Position numbers and translations under genes: made by a program | From: a virus | Taxonomy: Duplodnaviria > Caudoviricetes | Length of the DNA stretch: 61,031 nucleotides | Reading direction: 5' to 3' (one strand) | IMG/VR virus record: IMGVR_UViG_3300027763_000003 | Span: 1-61,031 of that record | The notes under the pieces: model-generated | What the model was told of the DNA's origin: nothing | What the model saw: the letters and a program-made list of their open reading frames with translations, nothing else | The model's database searches: none | Shown here: positions 30,201 to 38,412 of the stretch, one piece after another | How the letters are laid out: every line of letters starts with the position of its first letter | How positions within the stretch are numbered: the first letter of the stretch is position 1

Positions 30201-33200
30201 CCAATGTCCAACTATGAGTACTTCAACCCATCTGAATTCTGGGCTGTCAACGGCTCAGACATTGTTAAAGCCAGGTACGATTCTGTTAAAGGCGGGGTGC
30301 TGGCTCGACTGAAGAACTGGCTAAAAGAACTGGGCCAGAAGATCAAGTCCTTATTTGGCCTGAAGTCTGACGCATCCATCATCCGCGCACTGGATAGTCT
30401 CGCAAAATCTGATGGTCAGTTTGTGACCAATGAGATGCTTGGTGAGGGTGACTACAACCAGATCATCCGTAACATCCAGGGCAACCCTGCGCCCACCGCT
30501 ATTTGGGATTCCCCTGAACCTTCTTTTATAGATGGCATTGAGTATCAACTCAGAGACAAACAGGTTGATACCAGGCGCGTCATTGAGAAGATCAACGAAG
30601 CTGTTGGACAGATTGATGAGCGCCTGGACGCCTACACCAAGGAGTCCCTGTACTCCTCTCGCTCCGCAGCTCGGATTGAAAACTTCTTGGAAAATGAATT
30701 CAGCCCACTGTTTAAGCAGATGCAGAAGGATGGCATCACTCATGGCGAGCTGGAGACCTACCTCCATAACCGCCACGCTGAAGAGCGCAACGAGCAGATC
30801 AATAAGATCAATTTGGCTCCGGATGTGCAGAATAAAGGTTCCGGCATCGACACGGCTGATGCTCGCGCATATCTTGCAAACCTACCCGCTGCACAAGAAG
30901 CCAAGCTAAAGGCTCTGGCCGCAATGGTGGACGACATCATTGATGGAACGCAAAAGCTTTTGGTGGCTGGAGGTCTTGAGACTCAGGAAACGATTGATAC
31001 CTGGAACAAGACCTACAAGCACTACATCCCGCTGCAACGTGATGACCTTGACTTTGTTCACACTGGTTCTGGTTATGTTGGCGGAGTTGGCACTCGAGGT
31101 GGTGCCAGTAAGAGAGCAGTCGGTTCTTTGAAGCCGGTAAAGGACATCATTGCCAACATTGCCATCCAACGCGAGAAGGCCGTCCGCCGGTCAGAACAAG
31201 CTGTTGTTGGCCGTGCTCTTTATGGCTTGGCTATTGCAAACCCCAACCCCGGGTTCTGGTTGCCGATCAACCCTAATGCCATCAAGAATAAAGCCAAGCT
31301 TGTTCAAGAGATGATGAGCTTGAATCTACCAGCGCAATTCGCCAACAATTTGATTCAAGAGCCCAAGGTTCCTGTGATTGATAAGGCTACCGGCCTGGTG
31401 CGTTACCAGGTCAATCCAGCTTTGCGTAACAGCGATAACGTCTTCCCTGTTCGAGTGAACGGTGAAGACCGATATATCATCTTCAACCCGCAAGATGAGC
31501 GGGCTATGCGTATGGCTCGTTCGCTAAAGAACCTGGATGCAGATGAGCTGGGCTATGTGCTTGGTAACATGGGTGCAGTTACCCGCTGGATTGCTGCTGT
31601 CAACACACAGTACAACCCTGTGTTTGGCGCATGGAACATGGTCCGTGACGTACAGAGCGCGGCATTTAACTTGTCCACCACTGCAATTGCTGGTAGCGAG
31701 AAGGAGGTTCTGAAGGGAACCATGCCTGCAATGTTTGCTATCTGGAATCAATTGCGCGGCAAGCCAGCCAAGAATGCAGAGCAGCAACAGTACATGGATC
31801 TGTTTGAGCAGATGCGTATGGCCGGCGGAACCACTGGCTTTGCAAAACAATTCAGCGGCCAGAGTGAATCGTTCGGTGCCTTTTTCTCTCGCATGAAGAG
31901 CGGTAAGCCAAAAGAGAAAGTGAACATTGTTGAGCAAGAGATCAAAAAGCTTAACCGTGGCAACGCTCGCAAGGCAGCTCAAAAATTGTTTGATGTGCTG
32001 TCCGACTATAACGATGCAATGGAAAATGCTGTACGTCTATCGGCATTTAAGGTATCGCTAGATAAAGGTCAGAGCGAACAGAAGGCTGCATCAATTGCAA
32101 AAGAATTGACGGTCAACTTCAACCGTAAGGGTGCGGCCTCTCCAACACTGCAGTCTTTGTATGCATTTATTAATGCATCCATTCAAGGAACTGCTCGCCT
32201 GTATCAAACCCTCAAGGGTCCGATGGGTAAGAAGATCATGGCCGGCGGTATTGCGCTTGGTGTGCTGCAGGCAGTTATCTTGGCGCTTAACGGATATGAC
32301 GATGGAGATCCTCCGGACTTCCTGAAAAATAAAAACCTGGTCATCCCAATTCCATTTGCTGGACAGAACTACATCATTCTTCCAATGCCTCCAGGATTTA
32401 ACATCTTCCCTGGCATTGGCCGGATCCTGACAGAGGCCACTCTGATCAAGACGGGGATGCTGAATAGCAACAAGGACCTGGGCGACAAAACAGTTGGTGT
32501 CTTAGAGCTTGTTTTGGATGCATTTAATCCGCTGGGTGCTGGTAGCATTACCCAGATGCTGACTCCCACCGCATTGGATCCATACTTTGCGTTGAAAGAA
32601 AATAAAGATGCCTTTGGCCGTCCAATTTACAAAGAAGACAAGTCAAACCGGCCGACGCCAGGCTACCAACGCTCAAGAGAAAGTGCTACGGAAGTCAGTA
32701 AAGCGCTTGCGGAGTTTCTGAATTTTGCATCATCACCTATGGGAACCAAGTACACCAAGGGATTCATTAGCCCAACCGCAGATGAGATCGATTACTTGGC
32801 TGGACAGTACTTTGGTGGCGTTGCTCGAGAGGTCATCAAGGGAGTGAGCTGGGCCGCATCTCCGTTCACTGGGGAAGATATACCGGCATACCGCAAGCCA
32901 GTGATTGGTAAGCTGTACGGAGAAACTGAAACCCCTGCAGCTGTATCGTCAAAGTTTTACGACAACGTATCAAAGATGGCTACCTATGAGAATGAGCTAA
33001 AGCAGCGCCGCAAGAACGGAGATCCAACCGATGAGTACCTGGCTGACAACCCTGATGCTCGCTTCTGGAAGCAGGCTAACAAGGTTGAGAACGAGGTATC
33101 TCGGTTGAATACCTCCAAGAAGGACGCCCTGAAGCGCGGAGATGATGAGGGTGCTAAGCGAGCCAATGATTTTAAGGTTGAAAAAATGCGGGCATTTAAT

Positions 33201-33224
33201 CAACTACTCAGAGAAGCCCAATGA
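24216..33224 (+). CDS. Large polyvalent protein (3002 aa): GNAT-like, L,D-transpeptidase-like, ADP-ribosyltransferase (ART-PolyVal-like), zincin metallopeptidase and LPD38-like domains
   Basis: VDPNMRGKGAAS...LYRKFGF (GNAT); TPAGVF...MHSVW...SFGCINV (YkuD-like); FGDSKVVDADGNPLVVYH...QIKSAIGNSG (ART); HEILH...EFWA; C-terminal NKDAFGRPIY. Confidence 0.75.
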   Translation: MPIYEYKGQQYDISTDDQAEAKAKILNYLGTQAAPAAPEAGLASIAPPKIQTNAEGQITGMTRDQYLASLQKRNEETPSRSAGEAALDAGITLLKGAIGLPEAYVGLVDIPTMGYAGKLLKQAGYNPKEAKEILNSYLSEAQQSAARKVGEAEGFLPTLKAAVQNPSVIASSIGESLPQMLGGAAVGKGLLQAAPKVAPWLAGAAGEGIMGAGSAAEQLRQESKDELLTGKQAASAIGSGVFTAGFGAAAGRLAHSLGLEDINTLLVNGPQKSGFKSVQDFAKRAIGAGISEGLFEELPQSAQEQMWMNYAQDKPLMQGVANQAAMGALAGAAMGVGATALAGRQKTPQQERAQVFSDMLNAAVQGKEFDPDAIPAIVANRMSADKGFEAGTNIRVNPATGRAESKVEPAAPPEAPAGIATPAPQAAQPSTPVAAPSESQDSAAMMRELFEEQPTITNVTVDQPPTKVEEPKIVNSYDMGEGTELRVIQSPTGYAVNLFDADAGQYVPGANRIFPTEKFGDQALNKAIDFAKSEQEKITPQQGKPSVPEATQTQQAKPQEQQAPSAVDLIEGNDKYDTPELRLQQSAALGDNLTSLIHDEMESYGRAAIKKKSLTDNYGKKKDAWVDASDAATIAFGANDFSVFQPYATLFPKTAAKLQAHLKTTSAQEQQAVPATPANQETTPAKAAPKGSAFRRASYDKNPFLTFLATHGLYHVKDKPGSLKREFSPDKQIMVSGYGPVFKTSGRQMDELLPLAIQDGYLPQDATESDLERLIQTAVSGKKVEPQYSEQGALNVAAQYEERMNQERDAYEERTNQTDEEWFGTSEAEYMDQTARELAAAPDADFKAVTDEDIDFMDTPASNISMRAAMEMLGFTEEEIQDEERKAAAKTGKTVAGQAGEGNQSGQATEAAGSKAATSEELELATQTSEELKAKQAEIERLTKENERLSRQAEAKAKADEEVGEFTLTGSNRPADVAAARGQKDIFDQAEETAPEEAPSEAPKTTAVQPVKTPEGGAMRYPLASILFNDGYKVLALDNPRTYVDKGGESHRTFEKDGVRISMTPQLVLFQDRNAVITGQGESTDLTVNALLVDPNMRGKGAASQALGNLTQAADQYGVTLYIEPTPIVNLRDKNVGLDRQQLEDLYRKFGFDFQDNSTKVMVREPEVQKAGNEEVLGPVEKPAAPRLKNEPYTIEANFTEVGEEKQHLLLSDQSSKLTESQNQTLEKQYGAKRDSTEFLDSLRKDVIAFITQGAKSVHGKIRAIIKQVAAGVLSVAIVFNPQFVSKPYTIAVPQYDVKTSEVIKDLPKEAQTMSDAAKRAYGVIYPALEAQLKANDKLFIVADKQSGNTYLFNPDGSLLLQSKTLFGKAIGDYMHGDNEIVANRITPAGVFDLGLRDAKRSEGEAYTAGDYDFGKVFVLDKSHMGSHGPYSNTIMHSVWTHETDAKQRLAALEKPGAEDSRYSFGCINVNKPTFEYLITNHLKQMDGAKIFIVPENGTNVMDFINGKAMSSDDIIRQRVEPVIKQTITEKKAPAPKKEVEREMVGRTEEEKVGVKTENVPEKKPRKPGSQTFNSITPESSNFKRFFGDSKVVDADGNPLVVYHATDNKKDFSEFDTEDFGSWFAENIYTSNGYANKSGEGNPRTIPVYLRIENPLLVPDDIDLSNDHTFEEIINRINDENGTTFDVADFGDPEYEGNAYELIAHDERFIKQVKEAGFDGIHALEGGDWTWNAFNSNQIKSAIGNSGEYGPSGNIANSIGRTRDIEEEVQRSPSFKRDMKTLNRMRSDGRITDEDFVQRADQLIKEDEDRRMKEEPTARQRGYLIIQEKMSAAVRRGEISRDAYDLANWFMSQNEDLVSDLGLSIKGKGQAGQGGTYRSLARIATLIKGAGTDLTATHEILHHLERMMPTKVQQAIRKAWASQLLQAQKKAKTPAEKLYFAALMETHYGENFIDNFEIPKGAGPVYENIKKIYRMEGKSLTSEKLAQELLMNSNLPMSNYEYFNPSEFWAVNGSDIVKARYDSVKGGVLARLKNWLKELGQKIKSLFGLKSDASIIRALDSLAKSDGQFVTNEMLGEGDYNQIIRNIQGNPAPTAIWDSPEPSFIDGIEYQLRDKQVDTRRVIEKINEAVGQIDERLDAYTKESLYSSRSAARIENFLENEFSPLFKQMQKDGITHGELETYLHNRHAEERNEQINKINLAPDVQNKGSGIDTADARAYLANLPAAQEAKLKALAAMVDDIIDGTQKLLVAGGLETQETIDTWNKTYKHYIPLQRDDLDFVHTGSGYVGGVGTRGGASKRAVGSLKPVKDIIANIAIQREKAVRRSEQAVVGRALYGLAIANPNPGFWLPINPNAIKNKAKLVQEMMSLNLPAQFANNLIQEPKVPVIDKATGLVRYQVNPALRNSDNVFPVRVNGEDRYIIFNPQDERAMRMARSLKNLDADELGYVLGNMGAVTRWIAAVNTQYNPVFGAWNMVRDVQSAAFNLSTTAIAGSEKEVLKGTMPAMFAIWNQLRGKPAKNAEQQQYMDLFEQMRMAGGTTGFAKQFSGQSESFGAFFSRMKSGKPKEKVNIVEQEIKKLNRGNARKAAQKLFDVLSDYNDAMENAVRLSAFKVSLDKGQSEQKAASIAKELTVNFNRKGAASPTLQSLYAFINASIQGTARLYQTLKGPMGKKIMAGGIALGVLQAVILALNGYDDGDPPDFLKNKNLVIPIPFAGQNYIILPMPPGFNIFPGIGRILTEATLIKTGMLNSNKDLGDKTVGVLELVLDAFNPLGAGSITQMLTPTALDPYFALKENKDAFGRPIYKEDKSNRPTPGYQRSRESATEVSKALAEFLNFASSPMGTKYTKGFISPTADEIDYLAGQYFGGVAREVIKGVSWAASPFTGEDIPAYRKPVIGKLYGETETPAAVSSKFYDNVSKMATYENELKQRRKNGDPTDEYLADNPDARFWKQANKVENEVSRLNTSKKDALKRGDDEGAKRANDFKVEKMRAFNQLLREAQ

Positions 33225-33495
33225 TCTCCCGCTCAAAGAGCTGACCGATAGTCCGGCGGTGTGCTTCCTCCCACATCTCCAGCCTTTCGGCTCGGCTCAT
33301 ATGAGCTCCCTGGTCCAGCTCGGAATGGCACTTAAAGCACAATGATGCAATCCTGTAGTCATTGGCTTTAAGGCTGCGCCCTTTGCCGTCACGCATCTGG
33401 TTGCTGTGAGCCGCCACTACCGTACCGTCTTCAGTACCACAGTGTTGGCAGGGAAGCTCACGAGCCGCATCCAGTAGCTTACGATTCCGGTACAT
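33208..33495 (-). CDS. Zn-binding putative nuclease (DUF1364/DUF968-like)
   Basis: MYRNRKLLDAARELPCQHCG...VVAAHSN...LCFKCH; start reassigned to ATG 33495. Confidence 0.65.
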   Translation of the reverse strand: MYRNRKLLDAARELPCQHCGTEDGTVVAAHSNQMRDGKGRSLKANDYRIASLCFKCHSELDQGAHMSRAERLEMWEEAHRRTIGQLFEREIIGLL

Positions 33496-33673
33496 CTTTT
33501 TTGCGCTTCTTGATTGTGGCAAGACCACCATCAGGTTTGCGCCCAAGCATGTACTCATCTGCTAATTCAAAAGAAAGCTTGATGATGCTGGCATCTTGCT
33601 TCCCTCTGATGAGCAGACCAGCCATTGCAAACATCGCGGCGATATCGCGCAGGTTTTGGTCATGCTCAGTCAT
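33479..33673 (-). CDS. Small hypothetical protein (LRDIAAMFAM)
   Basis: Tightly packed minus-strand ORF. Confidence 0.6.
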   Translation of the reverse strand: MTEHDQNLRDIAAMFAMAGLLIRGKQDASIIKLSFELADEYMLGRKPDGGLATIKKRKKDVPES

Positions 33674-33891
33674 TAGTGGACCTCGTGTAGTTTGTAAGCT
33701 TCTCTTGATGAGTTCAACGCAGTAAGAACAGCGTTACAGACCTGGTGGTTGTCGTCCATCTTGATTTGCACAAGGATATCGCACATAACGCAGCAAAGCG
33801 CCATAACAGCATCCATAGGCTCATCGCAAGGAGTTTCCATAACGGTTGACTCAATGGCATGTAGCATTTTGATAAATGACTCTTCCATCAC
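33673..33891 (-). CDS. Hypothetical protein
   Basis: Overlapping start/stop with its neighbours. Confidence 0.55.
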   Translation of the reverse strand: MMEESFIKMLHAIESTVMETPCDEPMDAVMALCCVMCDILVQIKMDDNHQVCNAVLTALNSSREAYKLHEVH

Positions 33892-34160
33892 ATCTCCAGT
33901 TCTTTAATTGCGTCACTAAGCAGGTCGTTTAGGTACTTGCTGCGGACAGCGATATGCTCAATCTCCTCCACCTGATCAACGCACTTGATGCAGTCACGCA
34001 GGGCCTTGTTGTATCCAGCCTTGTAGGCATCGTTGCCATCAAGGATCATTGCTATGGCGTCACGCACCATAGAGGATGCCTTGCGTTGCTGCGCCAGCAC
34101 CTTGATCTTCTCGTAGTGCTCAATCGGAAGGTACACGCTGTACGGTACTAGTTTCTTCAT
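33888..34160 (-). CDS. Putative ribbon-helix-helix DNA-binding protein
   Basis: PYSVYLPIEHYEKIKVLA...ASSMVRDAI resembles the RHH pattern; ATG at 34160. Confidence 0.5.
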   Translation of the reverse strand: MKKLVPYSVYLPIEHYEKIKVLAQQRKASSMVRDAIAMILDGNDAYKAGYNKALRDCIKCVDQVEEIEHIAVRSKYLNDLLSDAIKELEM

Positions 34161-34579
34161 TGTTTCCTCCATGCCTCAAAGGCTTCTTTGAGTCGATTAA
34201 ATAGGGCTCGGGCGTCTTCATCGGTCTTCAGTTCCTTGCGGGACTCAATACCAAGATAGTCGCTCAACCATTCGGCACATGCCTTCTCGTTCTGATCTTC
34301 CAAGAGCTTCTTCTGGCTAAGCCACTCCCAGAACTCAGGGTCACGGCACAGCATCCCAGCCATCTTCACGGCATGGTCGCCCGGGAACTCTTGCTCACGG
34401 TTCATTGGCCGCTCATCATCACCCAGCCGAACCATGACCACCACATAGCGTGATCCAACAAAGTCACGCATCAGGTCATCTGGCAGGTCATCGGGATGGA
34501 CGGCCATCGTCAACACGTAGCCGTCCTTGGATTGTTTCAGCCCAGTCTTGATGCCCTCAAACTGAATTGGTTCGCTCAA
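34157..34579 (-). CDS. Conserved hypothetical phage protein
   Basis: AGMLCRDPEFWEWL...LGIESRKEL. Confidence 0.65.
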   Translation of the reverse strand: MSEPIQFEGIKTGLKQSKDGYVLTMAVHPDDLPDDLMRDFVGSRYVVVMVRLGDDERPMNREQEFPGDHAVKMAGMLCRDPEFWEWLSQKKLLEDQNEKACAEWLSDYLGIESRKELKTDEDARALFNRLKEAFEAWRKQ

Positions 34580-34775
34580 GCTTAATCTCCAGGTAATTAA
34601 TGATGCCAGCAGCTTTGATCATTGCAGTTTTCAGTTCATCGTAGTTGGCTTTAGTCTCTTCAAGAGCTGCAATCAGCTCCTCCTCCTGCTGAATAGATAG
34701 CCGAAGAGCTGCATCAAGGTTGTTGCAGACCTTCTCCCAGCCCTCAACAGTAGTTGGCTTTTTACTTTTAGTCAT
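34557..34775 (-). CDS. Coiled-coil hypothetical protein
   Basis: 72-aa ORF in the operon. Confidence 0.55.
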   Translation of the reverse strand: MTKSKKPTTVEGWEKVCNNLDAALRLSIQQEEELIAALEETKANYDELKTAMIKAAGIINYLEIKLERTNSV

Positions 34776-35022
34776 CCCAGGGATCCTTTTGCGTTGTCAT
34801 CGGTTTTGCATTGGTATCCGCTTTAATGGAAATCATGCGGTTGCCGTTCTTGTCCTTCTTCAACCAAGCGCCAAGCTTGATCACAACAACCTCGTCCTCG
34901 GAGGCGTCAATCATTGCCAGAAGATAGTCCCGCTCAAACTTGATGTCGCCATTCATGTCTGGCTGTTTGTCGGCAGTCTTGCGCGTGTTGGTGAGAAGTA
35001 GTCCGCTGTTTGGGTAGTCCAT
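34768..35022 (-). CDS. Putative small ssDNA-binding protein
   Basis: NSG.L..N.RK...QPDMNG...LGAW; acidic/aromatic tail DPWDD; adjacent to ERF. Confidence 0.5.
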   Translation of the reverse strand: MDYPNSGLLLTNTRKTADKQPDMNGDIKFERDYLLAMIDASEDEVVVIKLGAWLKKDKNGNRMISIKADTNAKPMTTQKDPWDD

Positions 35023-35738
35023 TATTGATCCTTAAATTTTGCTTTGTTTTCTTTGAACATGTCCATGACCTCGTCATAGACCTCGGGGTGGGAGGTTTTC
35101 ACTGCGCTGTACAACTCGCGGTTGACCTTGAACATTTCCTTGACCTGCTCTTCGCTGGTGGCGTAGCTCAGCTTCAGTTTGGTCGCGCTCAACAGTAACT
35201 TGTTATGGTCGTCAGCATCCTCGGCGTGGATGGTGATGGTCCACTCGGGATTTGTCTCCTTGTAGGGAGGCGGCAATGTATCACCTTTCACGCGCTCGGC
35301 TGGTGCCTGGACGATGTGAGGGCGTGGCACAAAGGTAGATACCTTGGGGCGCTCTTCCTTTACTTCTGCTGGCTTGGAGGCGTCCAGCACATCATGCTCA
35401 ACGATCTCCATCGCAGTCATCCACAAGTAGCGGCGCTGGTAGGTTTCAACTGCACCCAGGTTCTGGATGGGGTGTGCACCCTTCAGCTCTGCTTTAGCCA
35501 TAGGGCTAGTGATAACGATGGCTGTTCCATCATCTATATCAGTGAGGGTTAGTACGGCGTACTCTGTTGTGTAGGAGACAACACCGCACAGGCCAACATC
35601 GGCAAAGATTTCCTGAATCGCCGGAAGGAAGTCTCCCAACTCAAAGTAACTGTAACCAGCAAACTTGTTCTGTCCCGTCTTCTTCAACTTGATTCCCTGC
35701 AGACGAATCCGCGCGACCATTAATTTGTTATGTACCAT
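35022..35738 (-). CDS. erf: ERF-family single-strand annealing recombinase
   Basis: KKTGQNKFAGYSYFELGD and QNLGAVETYQRRYL motifs. Confidence 0.85.
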   Translation of the reverse strand: MVHNKLMVARIRLQGIKLKKTGQNKFAGYSYFELGDFLPAIQEIFADVGLCGVVSYTTEYAVLTLTDIDDGTAIVITSPMAKAELKGAHPIQNLGAVETYQRRYLWMTAMEIVEHDVLDASKPAEVKEERPKVSTFVPRPHIVQAPAERVKGDTLPPPYKETNPEWTITIHAEDADDHNKLLLSATKLKLSYATSEEQVKEMFKVNRELYSAVKTSHPEVYDEVMDMFKENKAKFKDQ

Positions 35739-35754
35739 TTGTTTTCCTAAAAGG

Positions 35755-35821
35755 TGGGGGTACTCGCTGCACTAGTTGATCTGTGCTAGTAACGGCGCAC
35801 TCCAGCATCTGCTTTCCCCCC
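35755..35821 (-). ncRNA. Putative structured RNA in the 5' leader of erf
   Basis: GGGGG/CCCCC and GCUG/CAGC stems around a GAA/AGUA internal loop; ACUAG/CUAGU hairpin. Confidence 0.45.
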
Positions 35822-35826
35822 GTAAA

Positions 35827-35919
35827 TCATTTACTCATTTGTCCAGCCTTGTAGCCAAGGAACCAACAGATCGCGCAAGGTACTGCTACACCTAATGCAA
35901 TAAGGATGTCAAGTGCCAT
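35827..35919 (-). CDS. Tiny membrane peptide MALDILIALGVAVPCAICWFLGYKAGQMSK
   Basis: Read by hand; coupled to the stop of the lipoprotein gene. Confidence 0.45.
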   Translation of the reverse strand: MALDILIALGVAVPCAICWFLGYKAGQMSK

Positions 35920-36326
35920 CATTTGGCAATCTTCGGCAGTGGATAAGGAACCTTGTTGGTAGGCTGGCAGTGACCATCGTCCGAGGCAAACGGTTTGGTC
36001 TTGAAGTCAGCGTCTTCCAAACAGGAGGTATTGGCCGACACGGTAGAGCACTTCACCTTGACCAGACGGGTCTTGTCAGGGTTAACAAAGTCCATCGTTG
36101 CCCAGCCATCACCCTGGGGGCAAGCATTGTCTTGTGACGAGTCGCCACGACCAACAATGTCCCAGCCCTTGAGCAGGACGTTCTCTTGGCGATAGCGTTG
36201 GGCATTCCACATGGCGTTCTCACGCGCAGTACCCTTGGCTTCTTCCAGTGATGCGAAACTAACTTCTTGTTTACCGCAGGCAGTAAGTAGTGCCACAGTT
36301 GACAGGGTAATCAATAGTGCTTTCAT
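35919..36326 (-). CDS. Predicted lipoprotein
   Basis: MKALLITLSTVALLTAC lipobox after AAGGAG; four further Cys. Confidence 0.75.
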   Translation of the reverse strand: MKALLITLSTVALLTACGKQEVSFASLEEAKGTARENAMWNAQRYRQENVLLKGWDIVGRGDSSQDNACPQGDGWATMDFVNPDKTRLVKVKCSTVSANTSCLEDADFKTKPFASDDGHCQPTNKVPYPLPKIAK

Positions 36327-36327
36327 A

Positions 36328-36543
36328 TTAAGCTCCTTCAATGATTGATTGCTCGGGTGCGCTGACTGCTGTCTCAAGGACTGCACCATTGCTCATCAAC
36401 TGAGCAACATCCAGCGTCTTTGCAATCCGTACATCAAATGTTTTGCCAGCGATGTGGCGGATAGCTTGTGCCTGGCTTGCGGCCTGCACGAGGTGTTGTG
36501 TGCCACCATTGGTGACTATGTAAATGCGTTGTTCTGCTGCCAT
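36328..36543 (-). CDS. Small conserved phage protein
   Basis: RIYIV...LVQAASQAQAIRHIA; GGAG RBS. Confidence 0.65.
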   Translation of the reverse strand: MAAEQRIYIVTNGGTQHLVQAASQAQAIRHIAGKTFDVRIAKTLDVAQLMSNGAVLETAVSAPEQSIIEGA

Positions 36544-36815
36544 TATTTCTCTCCAGTTTTAATTAAAGTAACAAAGACAGGAGTCAATTCCCCCATCCAT
36601 GCCCCAATTGTGTTGAACTCAAAAAACTCAATGGCCTCGGTTTCATCCATTCCATCAGCCATCAAGATATCAATCACCTTCTCCATGTCGTAGGCCACTA
36701 CTGGGTGCATCCCGCATCGTTCTGCAATCCCAGCAATAGCTACGTCATACCCATCGGGCTCCAAGAACATAGCGTCCTCGAGCATCTCCATGATTTGTTC
36801 GCGTGGTGCGCTCAT
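36543..36815 (-). CDS. Acidic conserved phage protein
   Basis: DGYDVAIAG...VVAYD...EAIEFFEFNTIGAWMGELTPVF; start moved to 36815. Confidence 0.7.
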   Translation of the reverse strand: MSAPREQIMEMLEDAMFLEPDGYDVAIAGIAERCGMHPVVAYDMEKVIDILMADGMDETEAIEFFEFNTIGAWMGELTPVFVTLIKTGEK

Positions 36816-36982
36816 TACCACACCCCAAACCAAATGCCCGTGCCGTGGATCCATGCGATGGGAAACAGGATTGCCCCCGCCAACAAGAACCCCCATGATG
36901 CAGTCTTCAGGCAAACAAATATGTGTGTGAGCCATGAAGCCGCAACCCAAATAACCAGCGCCGGCCCCCAAAAATCTTTCAT
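36815..36982 (-). CDS. Small membrane protein
   Basis: MKDFWGPALVIWVAASWLTHIFVCL...GIWFGVW, read by hand. Confidence 0.55.
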   Translation of the reverse strand: MKDFWGPALVIWVAASWLTHIFVCLKTASWGFLLAGAILFPIAWIHGTGIWFGVW

Positions 36983-37221
36983 GCTTTTTCCTTTGCCTTG
37001 AGTTGATCTTTAAGCTGATTGCGCTCTTCCAGTAAATCGCCAATCATCTTCAGGTGCTCCTTATGGCGATCCTCCATAACCTTGACAAGCCGCTGAAAGT
37101 CAGATGCCCATTGGCTCATGCTGCGAGTCAGGATGTCTGCATTCCACCAAACATGATCAGCAGTTATTCCTTCCACCTTGGTTCCAACTTCTTGAATACC
37201 GCTCTCTTCCATCCATTCCAT
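36979..37221 (-). CDS. Coiled-coil hypothetical protein
   Basis: ATG 37221 after AAGGAG. Confidence 0.55.
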   Translation of the reverse strand: MEWMEESGIQEVGTKVEGITADHVWWNADILTRSMSQWASDFQRLVKVMEDRHKEHLKMIGDLLEERNQLKDQLKAKEKA

Positions 37222-37223
37222 AC

Positions 37224-38108
37224 TTACTCCTTGGTTGTTTGCTCTTTGTACGATTGCCACTGATTGCACCAACGACTGACTGAACAGAAGTTGGCACAGC
37301 GCGTCCGTTCACCTGGGCGCACCTCAATCTCGTACTCTTTACCGTACTCGGCCACCTTGGCCTGAGCTTCATCAATGGTGTCGCAGACATTGCGGGCTTT
37401 AACACCACCAATCTTTTTGACCGCGTAGGTCGTTTGCTTTTCCCAAGTCTCCTCTGGAGTGCAGTGGGGTAATTCATCACCAGTCTCGAGATCAAACAGG
37501 GCATTGGAGTGCAGCTCAACGCGCTTCTCAATGAACTCCTGTTGCTCCTCGTAAGACCAGAGCCGGATAGGGATAACCTTGACTGGCGCATCGGGATAGT
37601 TGGCCTTGAGGGCGGCATCACGGCGGCTCCAATCACGGATGATGGCTACGATCTCCAGCTTGCTTACGTCCGACTTCTTGACCTTGCGGACCAGCCATGC
37701 GTAGATGTTGAGCTGCAGCTCCCAGTCGATCTTCTCGTTCATCACCGACCAGGCCCCAACAGTCTTGTAGTCGTTGACGGTTATGGTTTCATCCTCGTTT
37801 ACGATCTGCAGATCTATAGCACCTGATATAGACCAGCCGTCAACAGTGGTGTGCAGACGCTCTTCAACAAGGTGGCTGTCATCTCGGCCATGCTCCAGTA
37901 CGCCGTGAATAGCCGTGCCAAAGATGGACCAGACCATCTCACTGACATCCTGCTCAATCTCTTCAGCGTGGATCTTGCGTAGCTGGACGATGCGGGGCGA
38001 GGAGATCAGCTCGGTAGCCGAAATGTTGGCCTTACCCTTGGAGTAGGTGGGGCGGCGCAGGACGTTAACGAACGTCTGCGGAAGGTTGTGCTTGTTAGTG
38101 AGGATCAT
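37224..38108 (-). CDS. PD-(D/E)xK exonuclease (Cas4/RecB-like), likely partner of ERF
   Basis: GTAIH, SGAIDL, DYKT, QLNIYAWL, C-terminal C-x3-C-x5-C. Confidence 0.8.
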   Translation of the reverse strand: MILTNKHNLPQTFVNVLRRPTYSKGKANISATELISSPRIVQLRKIHAEEIEQDVSEMVWSIFGTAIHGVLEHGRDDSHLVEERLHTTVDGWSISGAIDLQIVNEDETITVNDYKTVGAWSVMNEKIDWELQLNIYAWLVRKVKKSDVSKLEIVAIIRDWSRRDAALKANYPDAPVKVIPIRLWSYEEQQEFIEKRVELHSNALFDLETGDELPHCTPEETWEKQTTYAVKKIGGVKARNVCDTIDEAQAKVAEYGKEYEIEVRPGERTRCANFCSVSRWCNQWQSYKEQTTKE

Positions 38109-38377
38109 TATTTGATGGCGTGTTCTTTGATGCAGTTGGAAAGAGCTATAACGCAGTGATCCTGGGCATATTCATGGCCGAGTTCGAGCGTTTTTTCATA
38201 CAGATCTGTGAGCTGCACGATTGCGTCCTGCAGTGCATCCAGCACGAGAACGCGATCTTCTAGTGCCGTCACATTATTTTTTTTGATGTACTCCCACTGG
38301 AATTGGTAGGGGTAATCAAACTGTATCTCTCCACGGTGGTAGTTCCAGTAGGCTGTAAAGCAGCGCAATTTACTCAT
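38108..38377 (-). CDS. Hypothetical protein
   Basis: ATG 38377 after AGGAG. Confidence 0.55.
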   Translation of the reverse strand: MSKLRCFTAYWNYHRGEIQFDYPYQFQWEYIKKNNVTALEDRVLVLDALQDAIVQLTDLYEKTLELGHEYAQDHCVIALSNCIKEHAIK

Positions 38378-38412
38378 TCGTTTCTCCTGTAAAATTTGGG
38401 GTGGTGCAACAC

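Noticed and set aside
37224-38108. Cas4 as part of a CRISPR system
   Set aside because: Stand-alone PD-(D/E)xK exonuclease in the same operon as ERF, the usual phage recombination pair
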